Assembly (NCBI RefSeq): GCF_030028105.1
Contig: NC_092402.1
Location: forward strand, 33,650,843 to 33,714,842
From: Mobula birostris
Lineage: Eukaryota
Length of the DNA stretch: 64,000 nt
Direction: 5' to 3'
Part shown: piece after piece, positions 1-12,377 of the stretch
How positions within the stretch are numbered: the first letter of the stretch is position 1
Layout of the letters: each line of letters begins with the position of its first letter
Position numbers and translations under genes: made by a program
The notes under the pieces: model-generated
Databases searched by the model: none
The model's input: only the letters and a program-made list of their open reading frames with translations
Told to the model about the DNA's origin: nothing

Positions 1-413
1 AACATGGCCTGGACACAGTGGAACAAATGTTTTTTTTCTCTATGCGGTTCTGTCTATGATCATAAACCACACTGAACTATTCTTATTCCAAAATTATTTC
101 AGTTATGTCTGAAATCTAAATTCTGACTGCTGTGCACTCCTTTTCATCAGCAGAGAGCACCAGCTGTAACTATAGCAACTCTCGCTGTCACTGGGTTCCC
201 TCTCCATGAATAACTGAATAAATTGACTGCTTCTTTCCTTCATATTGCACTCAGTGAACCAAACTAAAACTGAATAATGCAGCCTTTTCCTTCACACTGA
301 ACCAGATCACCAGCACATGTACATTGCCTCCAGAACTGGCAAGTCCATGGCACCAACGGAAGTATTGTGAAATACTCTGTGCTCAATGCAACTTTATTCG
401 GTCATCTGAAAGA

Positions 414-550
414 AAGAGTCGTAGAGTCATAGAAATAAACAGCAGGAAATCACCTTACCTAGAGCAGGATTGGTGTAAAAATAGGTACTGAGAGCAACTT
501 ACCTATTTTTACACTAATCCTAGCTTCATTCATTTCACTCTTCCCACATT
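414..550 (-). mobile_element. SINE/CR1-type 3' tail remnant containing a local inverted duplication
   Basis: agagtcgtagagtcatagaaa short tandem tail and acactaatcc...cccacattc resemble the reverse complement of the CR1/V-SINE 3' ends found elsewhere in the window. Confidence 0.4.
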
Positions 551-947
551 CAAAGAGGAAAAGAGAAATTTCACCCTAGTGTTGCTGTGAAGAAGTGGGA
601 ATATTAAATGTTGAAAAGAAAAGCTTCTGCCTCAAGTAAATAAAAGTCTCATCTACAGTTAATGCTGGAAAGGTTTTCCTCAAGCCACTTGGAACAGACT
701 GCAGGATGCAAACTCCTTGAATTAAGTTGTTTATGATCCAGCTGGATGCTGCAGTGAGTGAGTTCTTTAAGGTATTTAATGGGATGTCTTTATTATAATA
801 ATTTGCATTTGAATGTAAATGTGTTGAATATCTCTATGATGATGGAAGGTGCAACCTTCCAAAGCTTCTTGCTCTTTTGATCAGGAAGTATTTCTAGTTT
901 TCTACCCAACAGTGCACCTCTGATGCTGGATGACTGAGTTAATTATA

Positions 948-1081
948 CATTCAGTGGCCACTTTATTGGGTACACATGTACACCTGCTTGTTAATGCAAA
1001 TATCTAATCAGCCAATCATATGGCAGCAACTCAATGCATAAAAGCATGCAGACATGGTCAAGAGGTTCAGTTGTTGCTCAG
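948..1081. mobile_element. Tc1/mariner non-autonomous element, one end
   Basis: TA followed by cattcagtggccactttattgggtacac; matches the TIR and subterminal region of the complete element at 29509-30018 in reverse complement. Confidence 0.8.
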
Positions 1082-1594
1082 TTTTGCAGTATGATCTTGT
1101 ACAAAGCAGAGTTCCATTATTGCTTGCAGAGGACTCATATGAACAAGGCATTTCTATGCATCTAAGAGGGCAGAGTGCCTGACATCTCATATTGGCAGAG
1201 CTAATGATACAAACTAGAGGAACCACGAGAGAAGAGTCACATTACTTGCAAATCTTCTCTGCATCCTGCCAAATATGGGCATTGAAGCACAATGAGCCAA
1301 GTAACCAGGGTCAAAACAGGAGGCAAGAAATCGAAGGGCCAAGTCATTCCCAAGTCATTTTCTGTCTTTGCCACCTCAAAGCCCATGGCAAATTAAATGG
1401 TAGCAGATGGGAAGTCAAAGCAAGCACCTGTCATTCAATGTACCTTTTGTTTACAATTTACATTACAATGGGGCAGATTTCCCAAAGCTGCTCGCTATAT
1501 CACTTCTTCCGAGGTGGTCCAGGATGTGGACCTCCGCTGGGACACCAGATCCCAGCTCATTGGTGAGGACCAAGATAGATCTGAATTCAATTAA

Positions 1595-2120
1595 AAAGGG
1601 AAGATAGCCAGTATGAAGAGGAGAGGTGTCGGGGTGAGACGAGGGCCAGTGGATGTCAGCTGATGAAAGATAACGAGCAGAAGGAGCCAGGTGGAAGAGG
1701 GGGACAGGGACAGGGGCTGCGGAGTGACATGTAAGGAAGGTGATAATGAGAACCAGTAAAGGAGAGATGAAGGGCAGATGGAATCAGATAGGGGATCCAG
1801 TCAGTGAAGTGTGCGTGTAGTAGGTGGTGAATGGGGATATGGCAAAGGAGACAAAAACAGGATAACCAGATCTAGATCGGAAGGAAAAAGTGATGGGGGA
1901 ACACAGGAGGTAAGGGTTACATGAAATTGGAAAATACAGTATTCATACCATTGGTTTGTAGACTACCCAATTGGAATATGACTTGCTATTCCTCTGGTTT
2001 GCATTGGGCCTCACCCTGACAACGGAGAAGGCCAAAGATAGACAGGTCAGCATGGGAATAGGAAGCAGAGCTGAAATTAATGCATCTGTGGCTTGGGATG
2101 GTCATTGTTTTCAGCATCTG
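1595..2120 (-). mobile_element. Penelope-like element 3' remnant (GIY-YIG C-terminus plus pyrimidine-rich UTR)
   Basis: Minus strand reads SHADLSIFGLLRCQGEAQCKPEE*QVIFQLGSLQTNGMN, homologous to EEQHFIFCLDSLQPDGLNID of the Penelope at 6296-6523. Confidence 0.7.
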
Positions 2121-3714
2121 CGGTTTCTTGTGTCTCCTTATAACAAATTCGTTTGGGCTGTGGCTAAAATCTAATATGTTCTTTTGACAAAGATAATTAA
2201 AAAATAGAATGTCTAATGACACAAAAGAAGTACAAAATACATTTTAACTGATTCACCGTTACATTCTCTAAAACAAATTAAGTTTCATTTTAATAGAATC
2301 TCATGATACTGGATTTAATTCATTGTCTACTGAATCAGAGACATCTAATTATATGTGTCAGTATTTATGGCACCTATCAATTTCACTTAATTTCATTCAA
2401 AAAATAAAATGAAACTAAAATAACTAGGAGTGCTGTTCATTAATAGGAATTTCATCCTGAAGGAAATCATAATGACTTGCCCTCAGGCACCTCAACAAGG
2501 CATGATGTTGGTGCATTCTGACATTTCCCCCACTTTTTTTCAGTGATGAGCAACATAAAGACATACTGGTCCAGGATTCTCAGCACTGTAATACACTGCT
2601 GCAAAATAGGGGAGAGAAAATATCAAGGCAGGCGGTGAAAAACAAGAGAAAAATGAGAATGTTAAAAATGTCAGGAGAAAAAGCAAGATAAAAGAGGCGA
2701 AAATAAAGATTGAATCAGCCAATACACAACGTGACAAAGACAGGTTGGTTCTATTTGTCTTTATTTTGATGAGTGCCTTTAGTGTCCAGCTTGGAGTTGT
2801 AAAAGCTGTAAATACAGGCCTGTTATACAAAAACAATCAAGTGTAATTGTGGACTTTCTTTGCCAAAGGAACCTGGACATTGGATAGACTGGCTCACTTT
2901 TTCCATACTTTGTCTCCCTATCATGTTGTTAGATATGGAGAAACAGAGCATGGATGCAAAACTGAAAGAAATCAACTGCAGAGAAACAGCGGGGAGAAAG
3001 GGAATAACCCGTGGCTCCTTCACATATCAATGTCAACAAGAACTCTCCTGGTGTTGCTCAAAGGTTGTACATCTGCACCAGAGGGAAAGCAATACGTGGA
3101 AATTGGAGATATTTAGAAAGTTTATATTTTCAGAATGACACCAAATTGTTTTCATGGATTGGAAAATAGATTAATACAATTTCTTCATTAATACCAAGCA
3201 AAAATGAATGGATTTCCCTTCTTCAAAACGCATTGCACAAATCTCCAGATTCAATATAAGGGAACAGTTTTACAATTTAACCTCATGTTAATTAAGATAT
3301 CTGCATTAACACTGTAGATTTTTATTGAAAATTTTAAGAACTATATCAAAAGAACTTACTGTACTGTGTGCAATACTGTAAAATCAAATCAAAGCTTTGC
3401 TAAATGTGCAAATGGGATTCACAAGGATGACATCAGAATTGTAAGACTGCTAAGGTGATCCTTTTATGTAGCTAGGAGTAGGTTGACAGGTCACCTGATA
3501 AATGGTTTGAAATCGGAGACATAGAGAGGTTTCCAATTACAGAAATCTAATAACCTGAGCAATAGATATCAGATAATCATGAATAAATCTAACACCGAAT
3601 TCAAGAGACACCTTCTCTTGAAGTGGACAGGAAGTGGTACTCATTAGCCAAAGTTTGCATAACGAAAATCTACAATTACAAGCGGGAGATGGGAAGACGA
3701 ATGTAGGTATTAAA

Positions 3715-3965
3715 GCCAAAACTCTGGATGATGGAAATCTGAAATAAAAATGGAAATTACTGGAGGTGTTCAGCGAGTCAGACAGCATCTGTCAAGAGAG
3801 AAACAAAATTAACATTCGAAGATAGGATTTCATCTGAAGTATAAGCGTCTATTGAGATAAAATGAGGTAAGGCAGTAAGAGACTTGAAAATACCAGAAAA
3901 AGTCACAGAGACCCAATATCTTGTTTCTGTTTTATACATTTCAGATACTGCAGCACATTTCCAGA
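3715..3965. mobile_element. Degraded Penelope pseudo-LTR remnant
   Basis: ggaaatctgaaataaaaatggaaattactggaggtgttcagcgagtcagacagcatctgt matches the pLTR family consensus seen at 6075-6200. Confidence 0.55.
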
Positions 3966-4007
3966 AGGTACTTCCACATTCTTCCAAAATTTACTACCAT
4001 TTATATG

Positions 4008-4262
4008 TAGGCATCCGTTAGTCTCATGAGACCATGGATTTGAGCCTTGGAAGGTTTCCAGGGCGCAGGCCTGGGCAAGGTTGTATGGAAAACCGGTAGT
4101 TGCCCATGCTGCAAGTCTCCCTTCTCTACGCCACTGATGTTGTCCAAGAGAAGGGCCCTAGGGCCGATACAGCTTGGCACCGGTGTTGTCGCAGAGCAAT
4201 GTGTGGTTAAGTGCCTTGCTCAAGGACACAACACGCTGCCTCAGCTGAGGTTCGAACTAGCT
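4008..4262 (-). mobile_element. tRNA-derived SINE, CORE-like central motif
   Basis: Minus strand has B-box-like gttcgaacc followed by gtgtccttgagcaaggcacttaacc; GC-rich body distinct from flanks. Confidence 0.6.
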
Positions 4263-4394
4263 ACCACTTACTGTATATTAATACAGAGGATTCAGGTTAC
4301 AGTAATTGGCAATGTTCCCTCTAAGGTGTGTGTTCGTGCGTGCACACACATTTTTTTTGCTACCAGCGCATAAAGGAATTAAGGAATTTAAACT

Positions 4395-4917
4395 GCAAGC
4401 AAGCAAGTTTATTTGTATAGTGCTTTTCAAACCCAAGGCAGTTCAAAGTGCTTTACGTAGAACAAGGTATAAAAATCGAACATCAAATTTCAGACAATAT
4501 ATAAGAGAATAAAATCACACAAAAATAGATATGATAAATAGAAGTTACAGTGTAGAAGATCCTAATAAAAAGCTACAATGAAAAGAAAAGTTTTAAGTCT
4601 TGATTTGAAAGACCTTAAAGTGGGAGCAGATTTCAGATCCTCTGGAAGGCTGTTCCAGATACATGGAACATAGTAACTAAAAGCAGCTTCACTTTGTTTA
4701 ATTTTGACCCTGGGGATGGTAAGCAGACCCGCCCCAGACGACCTGAGAGCTCAGGAAGGTTCATAATGCAGCAAGAGATCGGAGATGTATTTTGGCCCTA
4801 GACCATTCATTCAGAGCTTTATAAACCAGTAATAATATTTTAAGTTCAATGCTCTGATGGAATGAAAGTCAGTGTAGCGATCTGAGAACTGGAGTGATAT
4901 GTTCAACTTTCTTGGTC
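4395..4917 (-). mobile_element. L2 LINE 3' fragment inserted in the hAT element
   Basis: Minus strand TKKVEHITPVLRSLH*L...IELKILLLVYKAL..GLGAKYISDLL is the typical L2 ORF2 C-terminus; (cttg)n tail at about 4395-4407. Confidence 0.8.
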
Positions 4918-5119
4918 TACACACAGACTGAACACAAAAGGTTGTCACCCTCTACCTCATTGGCACGTTAAGAATATTTCACAATCGTACACAATCACAT
5001 TTCCTTTTCCGGTTTCTGATGTGGATGTTGTCGACAATGTGGAGCTTGCAGTGATTTGTCTGCAGATTTTAGAACTGGCTTAGTTATGCTGTTTTTATTG
5101 AAGAAATTATTGATTCACT

Positions 5120-5581
5120 ATGTTGAATTCCAAAGAAGCAGAGGGCGTGAAGCGCAAATGAACTGCAAGTTCATTTGAAGCGGAATAGCTTAATGAAACA
5201 GTAGAAACTGCTACACTGAAAGCTCAAGAGGTCAGGAACACGCAGCTACGAGAAATATTTATGTACAATACCGAAACGGGTGTTACCTGCATGTATTGTC
5301 ACAATGCAAAAGTTGCTGGAGAATTTGTAAGTGGGAAGAAGTGGAGTGATATTTGGAAACTTGACTTTTTAAAGTGTCACTTAGCAAGCAAATCACATGT
5401 GGACAGTGTGCAAAAGCTCCAGAGAGAAAGCCCTTCATTACCTGCTATTGGCTTGCTTCATATGTTTACTGAATGTGCAGATGAACGAGAGCAAAAGCGA
5501 TCAAACCCAGAGGAGTTCAAAGTTCTTATTGACAGTGTTTTGCTAGCCATTAAAATGAATACCTCGATATATAATATTTAG
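5120..5581 (+). pseudogene. hAT transposase N-terminus with TTF/C17orf113-type zinc finger
   Basis: ATG at 5120 is in frame with ORF 5261-5581 through two stops; CMYC...F..G...WKLDFLKCHLASKSH is a CxxC/HxxSxxH finger; no catalytic domain before the right TIR. Confidence 0.7.
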
Positions 5582-6069
5582 TGAGCACATGTTATCACTG
5601 TACAGCACAAGACTTTTGCGCACACCAGTCATTACAAATTAGAGGGAACGTTATTAATTGGGCCATCAATTAATTGAGACAGCTGCTTATTTGGAACAGC
5701 ATTTAAAGAACAAAGGCTAATCAAGGAAATAGCTGTGATTCCCTTCATTTGTTTGGGACACTATGAGATCTGCAAACTGCTAAGGGCCAGACCAAAGGCA
5801 TTCAAGCGACCAAGAAAAATAGAAGAGGTCCAAGTATGATCTCCAGAAAGCCATCTCATGGGCGAAGTGGCAATTCTGGACTAAACATGAATCAGTGAAG
5901 GATGCTCAACAGTTGTGGCAGGGCTTGAATGATATCACCTCTTATAAGTGAAATCAAAGTTCGAAGTAAATTTATTATCAAAGTACATATATGTCACTAT
6001 ATACAATATGAGATTCATTTTCTTGTGGGCACACTCAATAAATCCATAATAGAATAGTAACCATAATAG

Positions 6070-7762
6070 TAAACATGAGAAAATCTGCAGATGCTGGAAA
6101 TCTAAAGCAACAAAATGCTGGAGGAACTCAGCAGCTCAGGCAGCATCTATGAAAATGAATAAACAGTCGATGTTTCAGGCTGAAACCGTTCTTCAGGACT
6201 GAAAAGAAAGGGGGACGATGCCAGAATAAAAAGGTGGGGGGACAGGAAGGAGGCTAGCTGGAAGGTGATAGGTGAAACCAGGTGGGTGGGAAAGGTCAAG
6301 GACTGGAGAAGATGGAATCTGATAGGAGACTAGAGTGGACAACAGGAGAAAGGGGAAGAAGGAGGGGACCCGGAGGAAGCAATAGGCAGGTAAGAAGAGG
6401 TAAAAGGTCAGAGTAGTGAATAGAGGAAGTGGGGGGAGAAATTGTTTGCTGTAAGAAGAAATCGATATTCAAGCCATCAGGTTGGAGGCTATCCAGACAG
6501 AATATAAAGTGTTGCTCCTCCACCCTGAGGGTGGCCTCATCTTGGCAGAGGAGGAGGTCATGGCCAACACGTTGGAATGAGAACTAAAATGTTTGGCCGT
6601 CGGGAAGTCCTGCTTGTGGTGGATGGAGTGGAGGTGCTCAATGAAGCAGTCCTCCAATTTATGATGGGTCTCACCAATGTAGAGGAGGCTGCATCGGGAG
6701 AACCGGATACAATAGATGACTCCGGCAGGTTTGCAGGTGAAGTGTTGCCTCACCTGGAAGGACTGCCTGAGGTCCTGAATGGAGGTGAAGGAGGAGGTGT
6801 ATGGGCAGGTGTAGCACTTTGGCTGCTTGCAGGGAGGGATAAATGCCAGGAGGGATGAATGGATAAAGGAATTGCAGGGGGAGCGACCCCTGCAGAAAGT
6901 GGAAGTGGAGAGAAGGTAAAGATATGTTCAGTGTAGGATCCCCTTGGAGATGGCAGAAGTTGTGGAGGATAATGTGTTGGATGTGGAGGCTGATGGGATG
7001 GTAGGTAAGGACACGAGGAGGTCTGTCACTGTTAAGGTGGTGGGAAGATGGGGTGAGCACAGATGTTCAGGAAATGGTGGAGATGTGAGTGAGGGAAGCA
7101 TCAATAGAGGAGGGAGGGAAATCCCATTCCTTAAAGAAAGAAGGAATCTTTGATGTCCTGGAATGGAAAGCTGCATCCTGGGAACAGATGTGGTGGAGAT
7201 GAAGAAACTGAGAAAAGGGAATAACATTTTTACAGGAGGTAGGGTGGGAAGAGGTATAGTCAAGAGAACAGTGGGAATCAGTTGGTTTATAAGAGATGTC
7301 AGTTAATAGTTTATCTCCAGAGATGGAAACAGAAAGATCAAGAAAGAGGAGAGGGTGTCAGAGATGAATCAAGTGAATTTAAGGGCAGGGTAGAAGCTAG
7401 AGGCAAAGTTGGTAAAATTGATGGTTGTATGAAACAGCACCAAAACAGTCATCATGTCGCAGAGGAAGAGTTGGGGAGTATTACTGGGGAAGGCTTCCGA
7501 TATGAACTATTCTACCTACCTAACTAAAAGGCAGGTATAGCTGGGGCCCATGCAAGTGGCCATGCCTACCCCTTGAGTTTGGAGAAAGTGGGAGGAACCG
7601 AAGGAAGAATTGTTCAGGGTGAGGACAGGTTCAGCCAGATGGAGGAGTGTGGTGATAGGAGGGAATTGGTTGGTTGTTTTGTCAAGAAAGAAGTGAAGAG
7701 CTTTAAGGCCTTCTAGATGGAGGATAGAAGTATATAGGGATTGAACATCCATGGTGAAAATG
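6070..7762 (-). mobile_element. Penelope-like element (Neptune-like), 5'-truncated: RT, GIY-YIG endonuclease and pLTR
   Basis: TMDVQSLYTSI..LNNSSF..FLQTQGVGMATCMGPSY (Penelope RT) and VIYCIRFSRCSLLYIGET (GIY-YIG); frameshifted; 10-bp TSD accataatag (6060-6069) / accataagag (7763-7772). Confidence 0.9.
6164..6201 (-). ncRNA. Minimal type I hammerhead ribozyme motif in the Penelope pLTR, partly mutated
   Basis: CAGUC-CUGAAGA-ACGGUUUCAGCCU-GAAA-CAUC-GACUG; stem I is perfect and core boxes are present, but stems II and III carry substitutions. Confidence 0.65.
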
Positions 7763-9166
7763 ACCATAAGAGAATCAATGAAAGGCTGCACCAGTGTGCA
7801 AAAGACATCAAACTGGGTAAATACAAAAAGAAAGAAATAATAATAATAATAATAAATAAACAAACAATAAATATGGAGAACATGAGATGAAGAGTCCTTG
7901 AAAGTGAGTTTGTGGGAACATTACAATGATGGAGATAGTGATATTGAGTGAAATTATCCCCTTTGGTTCAAGAGCCTGATGGTTGAGGGGTGATAACTGC
8001 TCTTGAACCTGGTGGTGTGAGTTCTGAGAGTCCTGTACTTTCGTCCTGATGATAGCAGCAAGAAGAGAGTATGGCCTGGGTGCTGGGAGTCCCTGATGAT
8101 GGATGTTGCTTTCCTTCAACAATGTTTCATGTAGATGGGCTCAATGGTGGGGAGGGATTTATCTGCAATAGACTGGGCCATATCCACTACTTCTGTAGGA
8201 TTTTCCATTCAAGTGCATTGGTGTTTCCATACCAGGCTGTGATGCAATCAGTCAATATACTCTCCACTACACATCTATAGTAGTTTTAGATCACATATTG
8301 AATCTACACAAACACCAAAGGAAACAGAGGCATTGCCATGTTTTCTTCATATTTGCACTTATGTGCTGGGGCCCAAGACAGGTCCTCTGAAATAATAACA
8401 CCAAAGAATTTAAAGTTTCTGACTCTCTCTACCTCTGATCCTTCAATGAGGACTGGCTTATGGACCTTTGGTTTCGTCCTCCTGAATTTATTAATCAGCT
8501 CCTTGGTCTTGCTGACATTGAGTGAGAGGTTGTTGTTGTGGCACCACTCAGCCAGATTTTCAATCTCCCTCTTACATGCTGATTCATCACCACCTTTGAT
8601 TTGACCAATGGTAGTGGTGTTGTCAGCAAACTTGAATATGGCTTTGGAGCTGTGCTTAGGCACACAGTCATAAGTATAAAGCAGGGGGCCATGCACATAG
8701 CCTTGTGGTGCACCTGTGCTGATGGAGATTGTGGAGGAAATGTTGTTGCCAATCCAATCTGACTGGGATCTGCAAGTGAGGAAACTGAGGATCCAATTGA
8801 ACATGGAGGTATTGAGTCCAAGGTTGTGGTGCTTATTGATTAGTTTTGAGAGGATGATGCTATTGAATGTTGAACTGTGGTCAATAAAGAGCATCCTGAT
8901 ATATGCGTCTTTGCTGTCGAGATGTTCCAGGGTTGAGTATAGAACCAATGAGATGGCATCTGCTGCTGACCTGTTGTGACAGTAGGCATGTTGGAGCTGA
9001 TCCAAGTCACTTCGCAGGCAGGAGCTGATATCTTTCATCACCAACCTCTCGAAACACTACATCATTGTGGTTGTAAATGCTACTGAACAATAGTCACTGA
9101 GGCAGGTTACCACGTTCTTCTTAGGCACTGGTATAGTTGAAGCCTGTTAGAAGCTGGTGAAGCGAG

Positions 9167-9794
9167 TGTAAGGGGTACTTCTTTCATGTTACGTGCAAAG
9201 GCTAATAAAATGGCTTCTCTGTAATGTTATACTGTGATAAAATGGCTTCTCTGTAATATTAACTGCTGATGTAAGGGGTTCTCTGTAGCAGCGTGTTTGG
9301 GTTATAATTAGCGATAATGAGACTTGTATTCATTTGCTAACCAATTGGCACAGATGTCATTCTTTCTTGTGCATCTGAAAGCTGTTGTTTGCATGAGATT
9401 TGGGGAGAACGCGCCATTGGGAGGAAGAGAGAAGACGCACACGAAGAGATGGTGTGAGCTGGCTAGCGGAGTGGACCCCGTGCGAGGGCTTGCGACCTGG
9501 CGGAGTTTGGAGGAAATCGAAGGGTGGACCAAGGATATTTCGTGAGCTCCAACTATTTGTGCACAGATCTGATAAATTCACTGACTTGGTGCCTTTATGG
9601 TATTTGTTTCTACTAAACCATCACCAAGAAATAATTATAAAGTGTAATCATTTAATTGCCTATGGTGTACTGTCTGTTTTTAGGTGTTGCGGGGTACATC
9701 ACACAGCATCTACTCAAACGTGATCACATGGTTTGGTGGGGCCGAAGGCTGCTCCCCTTAGACAAATGCGAGCTGAGCGAGCCTGAGGCTCACA
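9167..9794 (+). mobile_element. Probable solo LTR
   Basis: Begins TGTA and ends CACA; flanks cgag/cgac are a near 4-bp TSD; interrupts Rex1; internal repeat ataaaatggcttctctgtaat x2; orientation tentative. Confidence 0.6.
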
Positions 9795-11497
9795 CGACAT
9801 CGGTGACAACAGGGCTTCACTTCCAGATGGGCTCAGTGCCTTCTATGCTCACTTTGACCGTCAATGGAGGAACGTAGGTATGGAGGAATGGAGGAATGGA
9901 GGAACCATCACGAAGTCCCACAGCCCACAGTGACCCTGTGATTTCAGTCTCTGAAGGCAAAGTGAGAGCATCCTTCAGGATGGTGGTCTCGTGGAAAGCT
10001 TCTGGCCCAGATGGGGTACCTGGCCAAGTACTAAAGGCCTGTGCTGATCAACTGGCTGGAGTGTTCACTAAGATCTTTAACCTCTCGCTTCAGCAGTCTG
10101 AGGTACCCATCTGCTTCCAGCAGGCTTCAATTATACTGGTGCCTAAGAAGAACGTGGTAACCTGTTGTCCAGTAACACTTATATCCACAGTGATGAAGTG
10201 CTTTGAGAGGTCAGTGATGAAAAATATCAACTCCTGCCTGAGAAGAGACTTAGATCCGTTCCAATTTGCCTACCAGCGCAATATGTCCGCAGCAGTTGCC
10301 ATCTCATTGGCTCTTCATTCAAACCTGGAACATCTAGACAGCAAAAATGCATATATCAGGATGCTCTTTATCAGCATTCAATACTATCATCCCCTCAAAA
10401 CTAATCAATAAGCTTCAAGACCTTGGCTTCAATACCTCCATGTGCAATGGATCCTGGATTTCCTCACTTGTAGACCCCAGTCAGTTCAGATGGGCAGCAA
10501 CATCTCCTCCATGATCTCCATCAGCACAGGTGCACCACAAGGCTGTGTGCTTAGCCCCCTGCTCTATTCACTTTATCCTTATCACTGTGTGGCTAAGCAC
10601 AGCCCCAATGCCATATTTAAGTTTGCTGACAACACCACAGTTGTTGGTCAAATCAAAGGTGGTGATAAATCAGCATATAGGAGGGAGATTGAAAACGTGG
10701 CTGAGTGGTGCCACAACAACACCCCAGTACTCAATGTCAGCAAGACCAAGGAGTTGAACTAGGCCTTGTTGGGGGAATCAGTGGTAGAGAGGGTCAGCAA
10801 CTTTAAATTCCTCGGTGTTATCATTTCAGAGGACCTGTCCTGGGTCCAGCACGTAAGTGCCATTGCAAAAAAAGCACGGCAGTGCCTCTATTCCTTAGAG
10901 GTATGTAAAGATTCAGCATGACATCTAAACCTTTGACAAACCTCTATAGATGTGTAGTGGAGAGTATATTAACTGGTTGCGTCACGCCCTGGTATAGAAA
11001 CATCAATGCCCTTGAATGGAAAGTCCTACCAAAAGTAGTAGATATGGACCTGTCTATCTTAAGTAAATCCCTGCTTATTATTGAGAACATCTACATGAAA
11101 TGCTGTTGCAGGAAAGCAGCATCCATCATCAAGGACCCCCACCACCCAGGACATGCTGTCTTCTCACTACTGCCATCAGGAAGAAGGTACAGTAGCCTCA
11201 GGACTCACACTGCCAGGTTCAGAAACAGTTATTACCCTTTACACTTTAAGCTCTTGAACCAGAGGGGATAACTTCACTCAGCTTCATTTGCCCCATCACT
11301 GATCTGTTCCCACAACCTGTGGACCCACTTTCAAGGACTCTCCATCTTATGTAGTGCTTATTTATTTACTTATCTATCTATCTATCAATATATTTATTTA
11401 TTTATTGTTGCACAGTTTGTTGTCTTTTGCACACTGGTTGCTGACCATGTTCGGTGCAGTCTTTCATTGATTCCATTAGGGCTATTGGATTTAGATT

Positions 11498-11778
11498 GCA
11501 ACACGGGAGCATAGTGATTGCACAATGCTTTACAGTACAGCTGACCAGGGCTCAATTCCCACTGCTGCCTGTAAGGAATTTGTATGTTCTCCCAATGACT
11601 GCATGGGTTTCCTCCAGGTTCTCTGGTTTTTTCCCACACTCCAAAGATGCCAAGGATGTACCGGTTGGTAGATTCATTGGTCATTGTAAATTGTCCCACG
11701 ATTAAACTGGGGGATTGCTGGGTGGCACGGCTCAAAGGACTGGAAGGACCTACTCCATGCTATATCTCAATAAAAACA
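11498..11778 (+). mobile_element. tRNA-derived V-SINE (HE1-like)
   Basis: tRNA-like head (gggctcaattccc), V-domain tgtaaggaatttgtatgttctccc..gggtttcctcc..cccacactccaaaga and CR1-like tail; inserted in the Rex1 3' UTR. Confidence 0.8.
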
Positions 11779-12212
11779 TTTTTAAAAGTGAATCTCGGGA
11801 TCGTATATGGTGGCATATATGTATTTTGATCATAAATCTACTTTGAAATTTGAACTTTAATTGATGCAGGTGACTATTGCCCAACAGGTTTGCCGTTAGA
11901 CACTACACCATTCTTAGAGTGAACAGTTTTTAAATAGCATCAGTTGTGTCTTCAAAATGCAGCAATTTTAGTCACTGATAGTTGGCAAGAAATAAGCAGC
12001 AAGACAATTCAGAACTGTTTTGCTCACTGCCAGAATTGAAAAGGAAACGATTTTGCTGTTTGAAAAAGAATTTGAAGATATCGGCAATCATCTTGAATGT
12101 TCTAATGAAAATAAGATTTGAATGACACAATCATCAACAGCATTCTATTAAGACAGTCCATTATAAGCACTAGGTGTCTGCTCTGATCTTGGTTATTTTG
12201 TTGTTCAGTCAT

Positions 12213-12377
12213 TAAGTCATGACCTCATGGACCATAGGGTCCATAAGGTTTTCATGGCAAGATGCGGAGGTAGAATCCACGCAAATACTGCCACTGCCCA
12301 GGTGGGACCCGGCTGGGTTTGAACTCAGGACCGTCTGCCTTGAAGTCCAATGCTGATGCCACTACACCACCTGCCGG
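12213..12377 (-). mobile_element. Short tRNA-derived SINE
   Basis: Minus strand ggtggtgtagtggc (A box) ... gagttcaaaccc (B box). Confidence 0.65.

Larger units (their letters stand above)
4310..5653 (+). mobile_element. hAT (Tip100/ZNF862-like) internally deleted transposon
   Basis: 15-bp TIRs caatgttccctctaa / ttagagggaacgtta; 8-bp TSD gtaattgg (4302-4309) / ttaattgg (5654-5661). Confidence 0.8.
5958..9155 (-). mobile_element. Rex1/Babar LINE, minus strand, nested in the plus-strand Rex1 and split by a Penelope
   Basis: ORF 8304-9044 (LDQLQHAY..RSAADAI..RMLFIDHSSTFNSI..GAPQG..KFADNTT); 3' UTR is continuous across the 6070-7762 insertion; tail aaagttcgaagtaaatttattatc at 5956. Confidence 0.85.
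5765..11858 (+). mobile_element. Rex1/Babar LINE, 5'-truncated, split into 5765-5957 and about 9157-11858
   Basis: The 5765-5957 piece continues at 9795 (cgacatcggtgacaacagggc); RT pieces [40 protein letters not shown]; 3' tail tttgaaatttgaacttt. Confidence 0.85.

Noticed and set aside
1192-1607. Overlapping short ORFs in unique sequence
   Set aside because: No domain similarity; lengths are compatible with chance
7765-11490. Large inverted repeat formed by the two Rex1 copies, read as one foldback or twin-primed element
   Set aside because: Each copy has its own 3' tail, they overlap in RT content and have diverged, and the plus copy continues from 5765-5957, so independent nested insertion explains it
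11498-12377. tRNA-like A/B boxes as tRNA genes
   Set aside because: No full cloverleaf; they are SINE heads attached to SINE bodies
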